From Octopus bimaculoides (Eukaryota), in contig NC_068985.1 in NCBI RefSeq assembly GCF_001194135.2, forward strand, positions 71,976,224 through 72,040,223: a stretch of 64,000 bases of DNA, given 5' to 3'. This document shows positions 12,601-26,628 of this stretch, one piece after another. The translations under genes and the position numbers were made by a program. The first letter of the stretch is position 1. Each line of letters opens with the position of its first letter. Under the pieces are notes generated by a model. It searched no databases, was not told where the DNA came from, and saw only the letters and a list, made by a program, of their open reading frames with translations.

Positions 12601-13056
12601 ATATAGCAATGTTCAAAACGGCTAAGGCTGTGGTAGCTACAGATTTAATATCCCATGAGCTGGAGTTCATTGAAACTCTTTATGTCATCTCTTTATTTCT
12701 GCATGCATTACCATTCCAATATTCCAATATTTGGATGTTTAGGTTTCTTCTGAGTACTCTGGTTGCCACATATTACAACAATGATTTTATTTTCATGGCT
12801 GGTTTACCTCCCAATTTTCCAGTTTCTATTCATTTTTCCCAATTATTTTAAGAATTAAAGAATTTCAAAAATAAAAGATATATTCTGTTCAATAATAATA
12901 ATGATTTCAAATAAAAAAAAAATCTTTTATACATTTACTTTATTTAATATGCTTAAATAAGATGTATGTCATTTACATGCTTAAATTACAAAATATATTG
13001 CTGATATTGAATGTCTATCAGCAGCACAGTCCATTAGACACCACCAGTCTGCTATC
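9671..13056 (+). mobile_element. Degenerate Helitron/Helentron-like element (extent tentative)
   Basis: 5' tactggcagacatacccggtgttgcttggg (ACTAGC...ACCCGGCGTTGCTCGG-type terminus) and 3' agtctgcta at 13046-13054, complementary to the 5' end. An internal Pif1-like helicase relic is present. Confidence 0.4.
12230..12600 (+). pseudogene. Helitron Pif1-family helicase C-terminal relic (frameshifted)
   Basis: Stitched frames give MIKKLITQVMK..FGFPLIPTSV..FRLA..ITGLYLEEYCFANG..RCSSVGSFYNLII..GKTNKI. This resembles the IPRIPLIP/FPVRLAFA/GLYL..PVFSHGQLYVACSRV helicase motifs. Confidence 0.55.
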
Positions 13057-13569
13057 CATGCATTGGAAACCAATTTTATTTCTTACATGAAATAGTTCTA
13101 TTAAACTGAGTAGGTCTTCCATATATATGTATATGCCTCTATACACACACACACACATATGTACTTATGCACATATATGTAAACACATAGTTTTATATGT
13201 ACTTGCGTATATGTTTATCTACATAACTACGTATATGTGTATAAATGCATGTATATGTATATCTGTGTGTGTGTGTTGTGCTTCACTATGTATTTTGAAT
13301 CATATATTGTTCTGTGCATTCTTGCACATAGTGATTAAAGCATCTTTTGTGATTCTTAATAAATTCTATTTATGTTTTTATCATATTCAATGTTATTATT
13401 TTGTAATAATACATGCTAAATTGCTTTATAATAATTTGTTTTAATTTTTATTTTGATTTATATTGTTCAATTATTAATTTTGATTCGTATTATTCCTAAT
13501 CTGGCGTATGCTATTGAAACAGTACTAGATTAAAATAGCCATCAACTTATCATACTTAAAGTAAATAAA

Positions 13570-14405
13570 ACATTAACAGGCAAGTTACTGTGGTTTTCAT
13601 CTGAGATAAAATTTCTTATGGAGATGGTGTGTTTAAAAACATAATATATATCATTTGGAGTTGAAAAATTGTCCTTGCAGCAGCTAACAAGAACACCAGA
13701 TGCATTTCAGCCCTTTTTGGCCTCATCAATGACATGTTCTCATTGGCAGCCATATGTCGCGGAAAGATTTGTCACCTCCAATATATGGAAACAATGAATA
13801 ATACATTCACTGGTATTGTGAATAGCTGTCAGTTAAATAAATAATTTGATGTATGCAATTGAAGTAGTGTTAAATTTTAAAAACCACCTATGTATCATAC
13901 TAAATGTAAATACACCATTAACAGGAAAATTACTGCACTTTTCATCTCAGATAAAATCTTTTATGGATGTGTTGTGTTTAAACACCCAGTGTATGTCGGA
14001 AAGCAGTGACTTCCAAGTATGCCTGAGGCATCTCAGTCTTTTGGGGCCTTTTCAATGATGTCTCTTATGAATGTGTTGTATTTAAAAACCCAGTGTATGT
14101 CAGAAGGCAGTAGCTTGCAAGTATGCTTTATGCATTTCGGTACACATAGCCAACCACATGCCTAGACAGGATTTGTTGCCTTCAGTGAACACTACAGTCA
14201 TTGGTAGTCATCTATGCACCAGATTTAATATATATATGAGCACACAAGAATGCTGAAATGCATCTGGTATTATTACTAACCTCTACTGGGTTGATTTTTT
14301 TGTCTCCCTCTTATATATATATATATTGTGCTTTTAAACACAATACATTTATAAGAAGATCTATCTCTGATGAAAACTGCAGTAATTTGCCTACCAATGG
14401 TGTAT
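13570..14405. mobile_element. Cluster of decayed Penelope-like pLTR copies in direct and inverted orientation
   Basis: 13575-13630 resembles 13915-13982, and 14333-14402 is their inverted copy. The minus strand of 13690-13740 reads (t)TGATGA-GGCC-aaaaag-GGCT-GAAATGCATC, a CpG-decayed CTGATGAGGCC..GGCCGAAACGCGTC. Confidence 0.5.
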
Positions 14406-15033
14406 ATACATTGTGGTGTATAGATGGTTATCATATTGTTTCCATATGAGCTGAAATTTGAATTTAAAAATAAAAAAAGATGGTCATGTTGAAATGCTTT
14501 CATTTTTATTAATGTTTGATAACTTAAATAAAATTCTTAGTCTTTGCAAAAACCTGACTGCTGAAACTTGCATATTTTTAGCACATGTGCAAAGAAGAAA
14601 GTCAATCAGAATGTTTTGATTTGGCTTTGAAAATTTTCTATTTTGGACCATGATGTAAATGCTAACACTGACACAGACAACATTGTATTTTATCCACTCA
14701 TCATACACCATCTTACTCTTGGTTAACGTGATTGGACTTCTACATGTCAAATTGTCTGTGTTCCATTTGATATTCTACTGCGTTTGTATTTCTGACTTGA
14801 CAGAATTGTTTTCTCCAGCATTTTTTTCCCTTCTTTGCTTTACATTTTTCACTAAAGAGAGAAATTATAGCTATTACGGGTTCAATTTTGTTTTTTGTGC
14901 TGAAATAAATCGCATTATGGTGAGGCTCTTGTTCCAGTAGGATAATGGCTGGAGATTGAAAAAAAACTCTTAGATTGAAATTCATTATAATGGAATTTCC
15001 CCTACACACTACATATGTACATACTTGTATGTA

Positions 15034-15099
<66 letters not shown>

Positions 15100-15330
15100 C
15101 AAAGTGCATTCCAGAATTTTTGAGACTTTATCAGGAGAGACATTTTTTAATTTCCTTATTAATTTTAAAAAGGTACAAAACTGTAATCTCCTTCAGAGTA
15201 GGATAATCTGACTTCAATGCACTTGTGGTGGTGCTCTAACTACATCATGAAGGTCCCATAAAAGTCCTCCAAAGTGAACGTGTCCAGGATCCTCTCTCAG
15301 CCTCCTTCATCTCCTTCATCTTGGAGAACA
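15100..15330 (-). mobile_element. mariner terminal fragment
   Basis: Terminus caaagtgcattccagaatttttgagact follows (TA)n. The minus strand encodes HKCIEVRLSYSEGD, like the mariner C-terminus KCIE..GDYFEGD. Confidence 0.55.
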
Positions 15331-16927
15331 ATCAAAAGTCACAGAGCAATATATATATTTACACAAATATATTTACATACAGCATAAAAAATATGGAACA
15401 TTAAGAAGAAAAATATATAATTTCTTAATTTGACAGCTAATTTAGGAAGCTCAAAGTTTTGTAATAATTATAATATTCATAATTTGTCAATGGAATATAC
15501 AAAAAGTCTTGGGTATGCAACCAATAAACAGTCACACAGAGATATTACAATAAGTTCCAGTCACATCCTCAAGAGATGGTTGACAAAAGCAGTTCATATA
15601 ATAGTGCTAGAGATTCAATTAGTTGAAAGGAGAGGGGGGAAGAATAAAAACAAAAAGCAGAGGGAGAGAGAGGGGAAAACCTGTGACATAGGGGAATTGA
15701 TGGAACAAACAGAGGAGGGGAGAAGTTAAAGTTAAGGTCAGTGGGGTGAAAGGAAGCACCACTGGTGGTCAAGGGAATCTCACTAAGCAGACAATGAATC
15801 AATTAGGGTTGGCAGCTGACCAGACAGAGAAACTGGAAGAGATAAGCAACACATAAAAGGAAAAGGGATAGGAGAGGAGGAAGGTATGCTGAGACAGGGA
15901 GAAAGTGGTACAAGGAGAATAGAGAAAGAAAATGCTGCTAGCATAACTAAGTAATAAGTAAAGGCATAACCACAATTAGGAGAAACCACAAAGACTTTTT
16001 TAATGGGAAAAAGCAGAATAAAATTTATGCTTACATTAAAAGATTATATCAAAGAACCTTTTGAGTACTCAAGTATTAAGATGGCAAGGGATACCCAATG
16101 ATTCCTTGCAACATAACATACAAACACAGTAGTTTGTGTTGTATGGGGAAGCCCCACAAATTATGGGCCAAGATAAGATATAGGGAATATTCTGGGATTT
16201 GAGTTAGTGTATGTATGTAGTTTGGGAGGGAGAGAGCTTAGAGGCTCCATTTGAGAATGAATTCAGGTTAGCCCAGTGGTGGTTCTTAAAATCAACAGTG
16301 ACTCTAATGTAGACCATAACTTAGCTGATTCATATGTTCATTTATCCTCAAGCTAGGACTGGTTACTAGTATGGAGCAGGCAGAAGGCATCACTGCTATC
16401 ACGTGTATTAGGGTTACTAGTACTAGGAGCAATGTACCAGGGATGCTATTATTGAAGTGGGTAGGATTCCCAAAGCTCATAATATCTGGCAGATTAGAGT
16501 AGAGTCCAGATACATACATATTAATATATTTGTGTGTTATGAATATATATATATATATTTTACTCATACAAATATATAAATGTATGTATGTCTTGACACC
16601 ATGTAATAGTTATAAATAAGTATACCATTATACAAGTGTTGCCTCTTGTTTCTGGTCTTCTGTGCAAACCATGTCTAGCTATGGAGAAATATTACCTTGC
16701 TTGGAAACAGATGAGATTTAACGGCAAGAAGCGCATCAGATTGCAGAAAACCTGCCTCAACATACTCTATCTGATAGATGCTAATATAGAATAGTAGATG
16801 TTAAAACAATGATGATGAAGAAAGGTGATATATATACACATACAAATTGTTCATTTGATATGATATATCTAAAGAGTTCTAGTACATTATTAGTAGATGG
16901 ATAGGATGTTAAGAGACTTAGTTTTCA

Positions 16928-17320
16928 ACATATGTGACTGTGCGGTAAGAAACTTGCTTCCCAACCACATGGTTTCAGATTTAGTCCCACTGCATAGCAC
17001 CTTTGATGAGTGTATTCTACTGTAGCCTCATGCCAACCAAAACTTTGTGAGCGCATTTGGTTGACAGTATGTATATATGTATATATATGTGTGTGTGTGT
17101 GTGTCTTTGTGTCTGTTTTTGTCCTCACTGTTGATTGACAACTGGTGTTGGTATGTTTATGTCTCCGTAACTTAATGGTTCAGCAAAAGAGACTGATAGA
17201 ATAAGTACCAGGCTTAAAAAAGAAAAAGCATTGGGGTTGATGCATTCAGCTAAAAATTCTTGAAGGCAGTGCCCCAGCATGGCCACAGTCTAATAGCTGA
17301 AACAAATAAAAGATAAAAGA
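16928..17320 (+). mobile_element. tRNA-headed SINE family A
   Basis: Head ctgtgcggtaagaaacttgcttcccaaccacatgg, internal (TA)/(TG) tract, tail gccccagcatggccacagtc...aaaaga. Confidence 0.8.
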
Positions 17321-17812
17321 AGATATATAAAGCAGAATATTGAACAGAACTCATTATTGGTAAAATTACATTCTGGAAAGACTACACATTAAAATAGAAA
17401 TATTTTCAACAACAACTATCACAGTCATCATTATCATTACCTTCACCATTATCTATGACCAACATTATCATAATCACCACCATCACCATCAACTACATCA
17501 TCATTATTATGAAGGTGATTATCAGCAGCATCCCCACCATCATCTTGATGATCATGACCACCACCACCACCATCTTGATTACTACATCACACCTACTATC
17601 ACCACCACCACCACTTTAAGTACTATCACCACCACTATCGCTCCCGCCCCCAATTATCTTGACGATCACTACTATTATCTTGATCATCATCATTGCCATA
17701 TTCACCTCAGTATCTCTATCTTCACTACCATCACCAACATTTCTTCTATCTCCTTTACTTCTACATTCTCTCTCACCCCTCCCACATTCTCTCTCTTTCT
17801 CTCCCTCCATCT

Positions 17813-17888
<76 letters not shown>

Positions 17889-18582
17889 TCTCTCTCTCTC
17901 CTTCTGCTCTCATTTTTTGACAGCCCAGTAAACATGCCATGCAAATACAAACCATCAATTTCCTGGAATTTTGGACAATACCGATAGATAGATAGATAGA
18001 GACAGACAGACAGAAGGAGAGAGAAAGATTGATTGATAGAGAGATACAGAGAAATATAGAGTGATAGATAGAGAGAAAGACAGATAAGGAGATAGAGAGA
18101 TAAACAGAGCTAGACAGCCAGATACAGAGAGAGAGAGAGAGAGAGAGAGAAAATGAGAGATTTATTTAGTGAAGAATGGGGTGAGAGGTCAACATTTTTG
18201 AGAAACCATTTAGTTGGTGCTTCATTATGTATTCATCGGCAGTGCTGTGCACACTCAACATTCTGTCATGTTGAATTGTCAGTAAGTTGAAAGATTGCAT
18301 AGATTGCTGTCCAGTTTGCCTTTCACACAGTAGATGGAGAGTAAGCAGCAGCAGAAGCAGAAGTGTATGATTTAATGCAGAAGTTGGTGGTGTAATAAAT
18401 AAAATTAATCGTGACAATAAAGATGGTAATGAAGGCTGTTGTTGTTGTTGTTGGTTTTGATGATGGCTAGTGAGTGTGTGAGGGGGAGAGAGAGTATTAT
18501 TGTTGCTATAATAGCTATTTATTCTGCTTCTGCTACCACTACTACTACTACTATTACTACTAATAATAGTAATAGTAATAAC

Positions 18583-18614
<32 letters not shown>

Positions 18615-18687
18615 TAAAATAACAATAATAGTGATAATAGCGATAATAATAGTGATAATAATAATAATAATAATAGTAATAATTATA

Positions 18688-18904
18688 ATCTTTTCTACTA
18701 AAAGCACAAGGCCTGAAATTTGGGGGAGGGAACTAATCGATTACATCAACCCCTGTGCATAACTGGTACTTATTTCATCACTCCCAAAAGGATGAAAGGC
18801 AAAGTTGACCCCCACCAGCATTTGAACTCAGAGCGTAAGAACAGATGAAATGCCATTCAACATTTTGCCCAGCATGCTAATGATTCTTCCAGTTCTCCAC
18901 TTTA
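18688..18904 (-). mobile_element. SINE family B
   Basis: Reverse-complement family B copy bounded by (AAT)n on both sides. Confidence 0.8.
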
Positions 18905-19055
18905 ATAATAATAATAATAATATCAACCAGGAAAGTATTAGGTAGTTGAAAAGAACAGATAGCATAGTACCATAGGCTGCAGGCATCAAGCCTGCTATGC
19001 ATGCATGATTCCAGGAGTTCCAACAGAACCTATGATAAAAAGAAGTAATAATAAT

Positions 19056-19259
19056 AATCCTTTCTACTATAGGCACAAGGCCTGACATTTTGGGGGAGGG
19101 GGCCAGTCGATTAGATTGACTCCAGCATGCAACTGGACCCCGAAAGGATGAAAGGCAAAGTCAACCTCGGTGAAATTTGAACACAGAACATAATGATGGA
19201 CAAAATTCTGTTAAGCATTTTACCTGGTGTGCTAACAATTCTGCCGGCTCACCATCTTA
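19056..19259 (-). mobile_element. SINE family B
   Basis: Reverse-complement family B copy bounded by (AAT)n on both sides. Confidence 0.8.
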
Positions 19260-19547
19260 GTAATAATAATTATAACAACAACAGTTTCTTATTGAGGTGC
19301 AAGGCTTGTGAGTTGTGGTTTTGTGGGGAAATTTAAGGACCACAAATTGTCATGCTAAGACAGTGGTATAACAAATTGTTCTCTCTCGTTCTTTCTCTCT
19401 CTCTCTCTCGGTATGTATATANNNNNNNNNNNNNNNNNNNNNNNNNNNNNNNNNNNNNNNNNNNNNNNNNNNNNNNNNNNNNNNNNNNNNNNNNNNNNNN
19501 NNNNNNNNNNNNNNNNNNNNNNNNNNNNNNNNNNNNNNNNNNNNNNN

Positions 19548-19580
<33 letters not shown>

Positions 19581-19778
19581 TATATCTGCCTGACATGTCT
19601 GGGCAAAGTGGAAGAGAATAAAGTATTAAGAACCAGCAATAACTGGGAAGCTGAGAGAGAACTCATATTTGAGAATGAAGTGTTTTGGCTCACAGCACCA
19701 AAGACCAAAATTAGAAGCTACCAGAAACATCATAAAATGATGTATGAAATGTAACTTCAGAATATGTGGAAGTTTTCT

Positions 19779-20157
19779 AGATGTGTAAGCATCGCTGTGT
19801 GGTAAGAAGCTTGCTTCCCAACCACATGGTTTCAGGTTCAGTTCCATTGCATGACATCTTGGGTAAGTGTTTTCTTATATAGCCTCAGGCCAACCAAAGC
19901 CTTGTAAGTGTATTTGATAGGCAAAAATTGAAAGAAGCTTGTTGTGTGTGTGTGTGTGTGTGTGAGTGTGTCTGTTTGTCCTCACCACCACTTGACAATC
20001 AATAGTGGTGTGTCTACACCCCCATAACTGATAGAATAAGTACCAGGTTTAAAGACATAATAAGCACTGGGGTCAGTTCATTCAACTATACATTCTTCAA
20101 AGCTGTGCCCCAGATTGGCCACAGTCTAATGACTGAAACAAGTAAAAGACAAAAGAT
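19779..20157 (+). mobile_element. SINE family A
   Basis: Full head-core-tail match to the other family A copies. Confidence 0.8.
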
Positions 20158-20871
20158 TAACTGTCACACACAGTTTTAACTACAAGGGAATATAAACAGA
20201 TACGACAGATGAAAATACTTATTATCAGTCTCAGTTTGATCAATGGTCAAATGTATTCAAGCCTTCACCTGTGACTACTCTTGTCATTTTAGTGGCATTT
20301 AGGATTACTTTATCAATATGAGATATAGTAGATTAAATTGATCGTTGTATTTTTCTCGTACTTATTTTTTTGACCCCCACTTCTGTCTTCCTCCAAATCA
20401 GGAAAGGTAATTTTAAATATATCAGGATTTAAACCTTGAACATAAAAGACTGTAACTAAATAAGATAAGGCATTTTTTTTTCCATTTCTCAACTAATTTT
20501 ACCATCCTCCACTTTTAATAATAAAAATCATAATAATAATAACAACAAACAAGATGAGGACAAATATCCGTCGAATGTATATAATGTATATAATAATAAC
20601 TTCTGAAATTCCACATTTTATAAATGTCCTTACTTCTATTCTGATGCATAAATTTTTAGGTCTTCATAACACAGTTTCATTATGTTAAAGATTTTGATTC
20701 ATAGTTATGGTTGTTGAAACATGAACTCATGTCACTACTGCAAATAGAACAATAGGTGCAGTGCAAAGTAATGAAAGCAAATACAAACGTAGGTATGATT
20801 TTTTAAAGATCTGATATAGCTTGTTCAAATTGTGTATGTTGGTAGAGTAATTCTTTCTCTATAGAAAGATT

Positions 20872-21663
20872 TCATTCATCAAAGTCTCCACAAGCAATGC
20901 ATTTGCATCATTGTTGAATCCAATTCTTGGATTTTCTTTGAAAAATGTAAATGTGTACTGTTATCCCCACTTCACAGCCACTTTTATATTGTGTGCATCA
21001 TCAAATGATTTTCCACAAACTGTCTTCCTCTGGACTGAACAGGTGGAAATTGAAGCTGTATGGTAAATGGGGACCACTGACCAGCCCAATTTGCTAGTTG
21101 TCTGATTTGTTGCTAAAGCTGTGTGTGGTCATCCCTCCAAAATAGTCACCTTGACTTTCCATCCTAATCACTGGCTCTTGTATGTTTTAGGCCTTGGAGA
21201 CAAGTTGTGATGCCATTTCATGCACTGAACTTTTATTTCATTCCCTATCATCAGATCAAAAAAATATGTTTCTTTATTGGCTTCAAAAGCTCCTAGTCAA
21301 TCAGAGAAGACTGCCATCTTTGCTTTTTCAAATCAGATGTTAACTACTGAGTTACCCACTTTGCACATAGTTTCCAATACCCAAAGTCTTCTACCATCTT
21401 CTGTATTGCATTGTAACTTGTTTGTCTGCATGGATCAGTTCATCCACTCATCGGCAATTCATATCTGTGATCAATCTCCCACTGTGTGGTTGGTCTTCAC
21501 TGCTGTTTCCTTTTTTACACTTCTTCAATCATCTATGCACATTGCTTTTGTCATCGGAGTCATATCCATAAGCAACTTGTTGACTCCAGTGGATGTCAGA
21601 CTGCCTGCATCTCTCCTTTGTCAAGAACTCAATGAGAATACACTGTTTCTGCTTCAAATCCAT
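20872..21663 (-). pseudogene. mariner transposase pseudogene (internally deleted, many stops and frameshifts)
   Basis: Minus strand starts MDLKQKQCILIEFLTKE..DKSNVHR..VDELIHAD, then HLPYS..FHLFSP-like sequence, and ends CKCIACGDFDE*. These are typical mariner N- and C-terminal motifs. Confidence 0.7.
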
Positions 21664-22664
21664 TATTTGCCAGAAATGAATAGTTAGTATTGAGGAAGAA
21701 TTTCTCTATCAACATGTGCTTGCTTGAGCAACCTATGTCAGTTAATAGAAATGTTATGCCCACTTTTTCAGTACAACACTTGTATTATGAGATAATAATG
21801 AAAACAACCTGGCCGTAATCATCTCCAATATGCCTGTCCAAACTGATAAGAAAGTGAAACCATCTAATTATAATTATCAAGAGTTGGAATGAAAATCTAT
21901 GTAATCTGGCAGACACTTTGTTTCTATCTGATCAAAATATTACCCAAAAGGAAGTTGAGAAACTTTCATAGTATATGGCTCAGAAACTAAAATAAACAGA
22001 TACTGGGTATGAAAGTGGATACATTTCATTCCTTTTACATCTATTTATTCATGCTAGCATGGGTTTGACTGATACATATTACTGATGAATGCCCTTCATG
22101 TTGCTAACATTTCCATTTTTTTCTATATGGTAATTTTCATTCATTCATTCTGGAAAGCATAGCACCACTGTCCAAAGCTCAGAGAATTTTCAAAGTAATG
22201 CAAAATGTAAACATTCACACACACGAACACACACACACACACACACATTACAGGTATTGTAAGGTCTTCATCCACTAAATTCACTTACAAAGCATTGGTA
22301 AGTTTGAGATTACAGTAAAGGATACTTACCCGAAATGTTGTGCAATGGAATTGAACCTGAAATCATGTGGTTGCAAACTGAACTTCTCAACAATACAACC
22401 ATGCCTGTACCTTACCAATGATAATTGATGCATTAAGTTACTGTCAGCAAAATATGAACAAAATACTCAATTTTGCACACAGTCCATAAGACAGCTCCAC
22501 TAGACATAGCCTGCATCTTGTGCAAAACACTTTTCACTTAATCACATAACTGAAGTAGTACATTCTCTCTGCATACAACACATACCCTAAATAATCAGCA
22601 CCCAGTAAAGTAGAATAACTCACACAACACATAATCCGTGGAATTGCCACCAAACAATTTAATG

Positions 22665-22966
22665 CAGGGATCAGCAAACCAGGGTAAATTATCCCAGGTG
22701 GGGTAAAACTGAAATTCTTGTGGGTAACGAGGACTTTTTAAACATAAGTAAAATTACATGAAAAACATGTTCCTTGTTATGACAGAATTTTTTCTTCTGG
22801 CAACACTGCATCTGTCCAATGTAGTGGACATGTAAATAGATTCAATAAATAGAGTCAATAAACCTTTTGAATTCAAAGAATCTATGATTTTCTTCCTTTC
22901 TAATCAAGGGGCTAACGTAAATAAATACATTTGGGGTAATTGGTTAAAAAAGTTCCCTGACCCTTG
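22665..22966. mobile_element. hAT-type MITE (old)
   Basis: Degenerate TIR cagggatcagcaaac / gttccctgacccttg with a TSD-like pair atttaatg / atctaatt. Confidence 0.5.
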
Positions 22967-23320
22967 ATCTAATTCAGTGATGTATACTAACACAACCACC
23001 AACCACTAAATATAACATATACAATTACATAATGGAACTTACACTACTACATAATTGATACACAACATTATGATACCAAATGCCCTCATTTGACTCAGTT
23101 GCCACTCAATACACCACATAACCTACTCGATACATAGAAAACACAATCACTGGCCAATGTTAAAATGCGTAACACCATCATCACAGCTTATAGAAAATGT
23201 GCCATCCATCAAAATTACACAACTTATGTTGCAAACTAAATTAACATCAGAAACAGCGAAACAAACAATGCAATGCAAAAGTAAAATTCTACATTTCCAA
23301 AAACCAATGTTGCACATACC

Positions 23321-23694
23321 AGGCACAGGTGTGGGTGTGTGGTAAGAAGCTTGCTTCCCAACCACATGGTTCTGGGTTCAGTCCCACTGTGTAGTACCTT
23401 GGGCACATATCTTCTACTATAGCCTCAGGCTGACCAAAGCCTTGTGAGTGGACTTGGTAGATGGAAACTGTGTGTGTGTGTATGTGCCTTTGTGTCTCTG
23501 TTTGTCCCCCATCACCATCACCACTTGACAACTGGTATTGATGTGTTTATATCTTCATAACTTAGCTGTTCAGTAAAAGATATTGATAGAATAAATACTG
23601 GGCTTAAAGAAGTGCTGGGCTTAATTCATTCAGCTAAAAATTCTTCAAGGCTATGCCCCAGCATGGCCACTGCCAAATGACTGAAACAAAAGAT
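23321..23694 (+). mobile_element. SINE family A
   Basis: Full match to the family A head and tail. Confidence 0.8.
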
Positions 23695-25404
23695 AATTTA
23701 AACACCTCAAGAGCATGAAGATGCACCTAGAGATAGAAGCTCATATAAATTGCTGAAAACCTAATGAGGATAATAAAGATCTTTAAATAGGCCCAATAGG
23801 CCACAAATTTCTAGGGAGGAAATTAGTCAATTTAATTGCCCCATGCCCCCAGCATTTGACTGTTTTTTTTTTATCAACACTAGGAGGGTGAAGGATAACA
23901 TTGACTTCAACTAGATTTGAACTCGGGAACATAGAGTGGAACAACTAAAATAAAGTAAGGCATTTTGTCTGACACTTTTTGTTGATTCTGCCGATCCAAC
24001 AATGACAACAACAAAAATAGTTTGTTATAATAATGATAATATATCAGATATCTCCATTTGGCACAAAAACCGTAGTTGATTAAATCAACACCTTGGATAG
24101 TAACGAGGAAACATTAATGGCCACTGTTTCATTTAAGTTTTAAATTCCTGTTAGATCATCAACTAGTGAAGCTTTGGATGTCTATGTCTTGTTACAGTCT
24201 GGTTGATTAAGAGCATCATTACTGCAGTCTGTCGTCTTGGGTTTTGAAGAGCTAAGCAGTTGACCCTCATTGTTTTGCATCGTTAACATCATCATCATTA
24301 TCAATATCTTCAGTTACTATCACTGATGCCATCATCATCATCATCATTGCATTGGCCTTCAACCTCATATTTAATATCATTATCAATGTCATCATGTCAA
24401 ACACCATCATAATAATCATCATCATCATCATCTACATCAACATCAATCAATCACAAATATGATTTAAATGCTGTCTGAAAACTACTCTTTTACATCTTAT
24501 AATTTCTTCCTTTCTCTCTTTCATCATCATCATCATCATCATTATCATCACGATCATCACTATCATCACCATCACCACTAACCTCATTTTCACCACCACT
24601 GCCACAAACACCTTCCTTCTGATCATCATAATCTTCATCTCACTTTTATCATTATCATCTTTCAGTCATCAACATCTCTGTTTGGCTGTCTCCTGCTGTT
24701 TATGTCTGTCTCCTCTTGAAGCACTCTTCCCCTCCCCCTTCTCTCTGTGTGTCTATCTCTGCACACGCCTCTATAACACACTACTCTCTCTCTCTCTCTC
24801 TCTCCATTCTCAAAAGACTGACCTTTATGTATCAAATTATTTCATCTTTTCACTCTTCTGGAAGCAAGAAAAATAGAAATGTATTTTTGTTTTGTTTTTG
24901 GAATTATATTTAGATACTTTTTAAAAATCTTTTTTTTTAATGTTATTTTCCAGGTTAAATTTCTTTGTGTAAGTGTATCTGTGTGTGTATGAGTGCATGA
25001 GTGTGTGTATGAGTGCATGAGTGTGAGTTTGTGTGTGTGTGTGTTGTATTGCATAGATGAGTGTATATACTTTGTGAATGAATATGCATGTTAATGTGAA
25101 TATGTATATGAGAGTGTGTCTGCGAACATATATATATATGTGTGTTTGTATGTGTAATTTGAGTGAGCTCTTGAAAGTAACTGTTTTAAGTATATTGTTT
25201 TTACTATTAGTTTCAACTTGAAAAATATTCTCTTAGAGAAACAAATTTTTTTTGATTATTAATCTTGAGAAAATCTCAGGAAGATTTTCTTGATTACTTG
25301 AAATTGTTAAATTGTTTTACCAAATATATTTGTACAAAGAAGTATACCTCTCTCTCTCTCTCTCTCTCTCATTCTCTCTCTCTCCATCTTTTCTCTTCTC
25401 TCTT

Positions 25405-25478
<74 letters not shown>

Positions 25479-26411
25479 TCTCTCTTTCTCTCTCTCTCTC
25501 TTTCATAGACACACAGAGTTGGGGGTGTATGTTTGTCGATGTAGTTATGTGTATATGTATTTGAATATGTTGAAATATATATTTGAGTGCACGCACACAC
25601 ACACACACACACACACAAACATATATATGACTGGCTTAATTTGGTTTCCATCTACTAAATCCACTCACAAGGCTTTGGTTGGCCCAAAGCAATAATAGAA
25701 AACACCTGTCGAAGGTGCCACACCACGGAACTGAACCTGGAACTATGTTGTTGGAAAGTAAACTTCTTACTACACACCTATTCCTGATTGGGTATGATTT
25801 TTGTTTTAAGACAGTGAACTGGCAGTATCATTGGAGCGTCAGCTAAAATGCCTTTTGGTATTTATTCCAGCTCCTTACTTTCTGAGTTCAAATGCCATCA
25901 AGGTTAAATTTGCCATTCATCTTTCTGATCTGTATAAAATAACATATCAATCCAGTGCAGTTGATTAATAGAATTGTTAGACCAGTGGGTGAAATACTTT
26001 GCCACATTTATTTTGGCTCTTTAGATTCTCAAGAGCCAGACACACATGGCAAGTTTGTCTCTTCTAATCAACCGGATGATATTTTCTAATTTGAAGGAAA
26101 GTGATGGGGGAAAAAACAATTGTGTTCTCTCACAGAAATTCTACTAAAATTATATGGCACATGTTAAAGAAGACACTAAGGCTCATTCATTGCTGTATAA
26201 ATGTAAGAAAAAAAGGATACAATTTGGAGGAAGTTTGGCTGATCTTTCTTGCAGGTCAAATAATCACAGCATGGCTTCTTCTATGTGATTGTGTTAGCAA
26301 GTGTTTGTATGTCTCTTTCTGTGGGTGTGTATATATAAATATTTCCATCTGAGTATAAGTATACTTGGCTATCTTTACACATATATATATATATATATGT
26401 ATGTATGTGTA

Positions 26412-26628
26412 TGAGGGGGTGCTGGAAAGTTCCTGGCTTTGGGTAAAAGAAAATACAGGAGGATCAGTTAATTATGATTTTATTCATCATATTCCCCTCT
26501 CAGATTGATAGACTTATTGCAGTGGTCCTTCAGTTTTTCTAAGCCCTGTAAAAGAACGTAGAAAGTTGGGACGCCAACCAGACCTTTCATGATATCCTTA
26601 AAGCTAGGAACTTTCCAGCACCCCCTCG
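26412..26628. mobile_element. mariner-derived MITE (217 bp)
   Basis: 29-bp TIR (t/c)gagggggtgctggaaagttcct(g/a)gcttt with 2 mismatches and TA/TG flanks. The minus strand retains HCNKSINLRGEYDE*, a transposase C-terminus remnant. Confidence 0.85.

Noticed and set aside
17400-17660. CAT/CAC-rich tracts (also 24290-24670) giving poly-His/Ile/Met frames
   Set aside because: Degenerate trinucleotide microsatellites.
21240-21255. CTGATGA/CCGATGA matches at about 21247, 21446, 18236, 11768 and 38051
   Set aside because: No hammerhead stems, and several lie inside mariner or SINE sequence.
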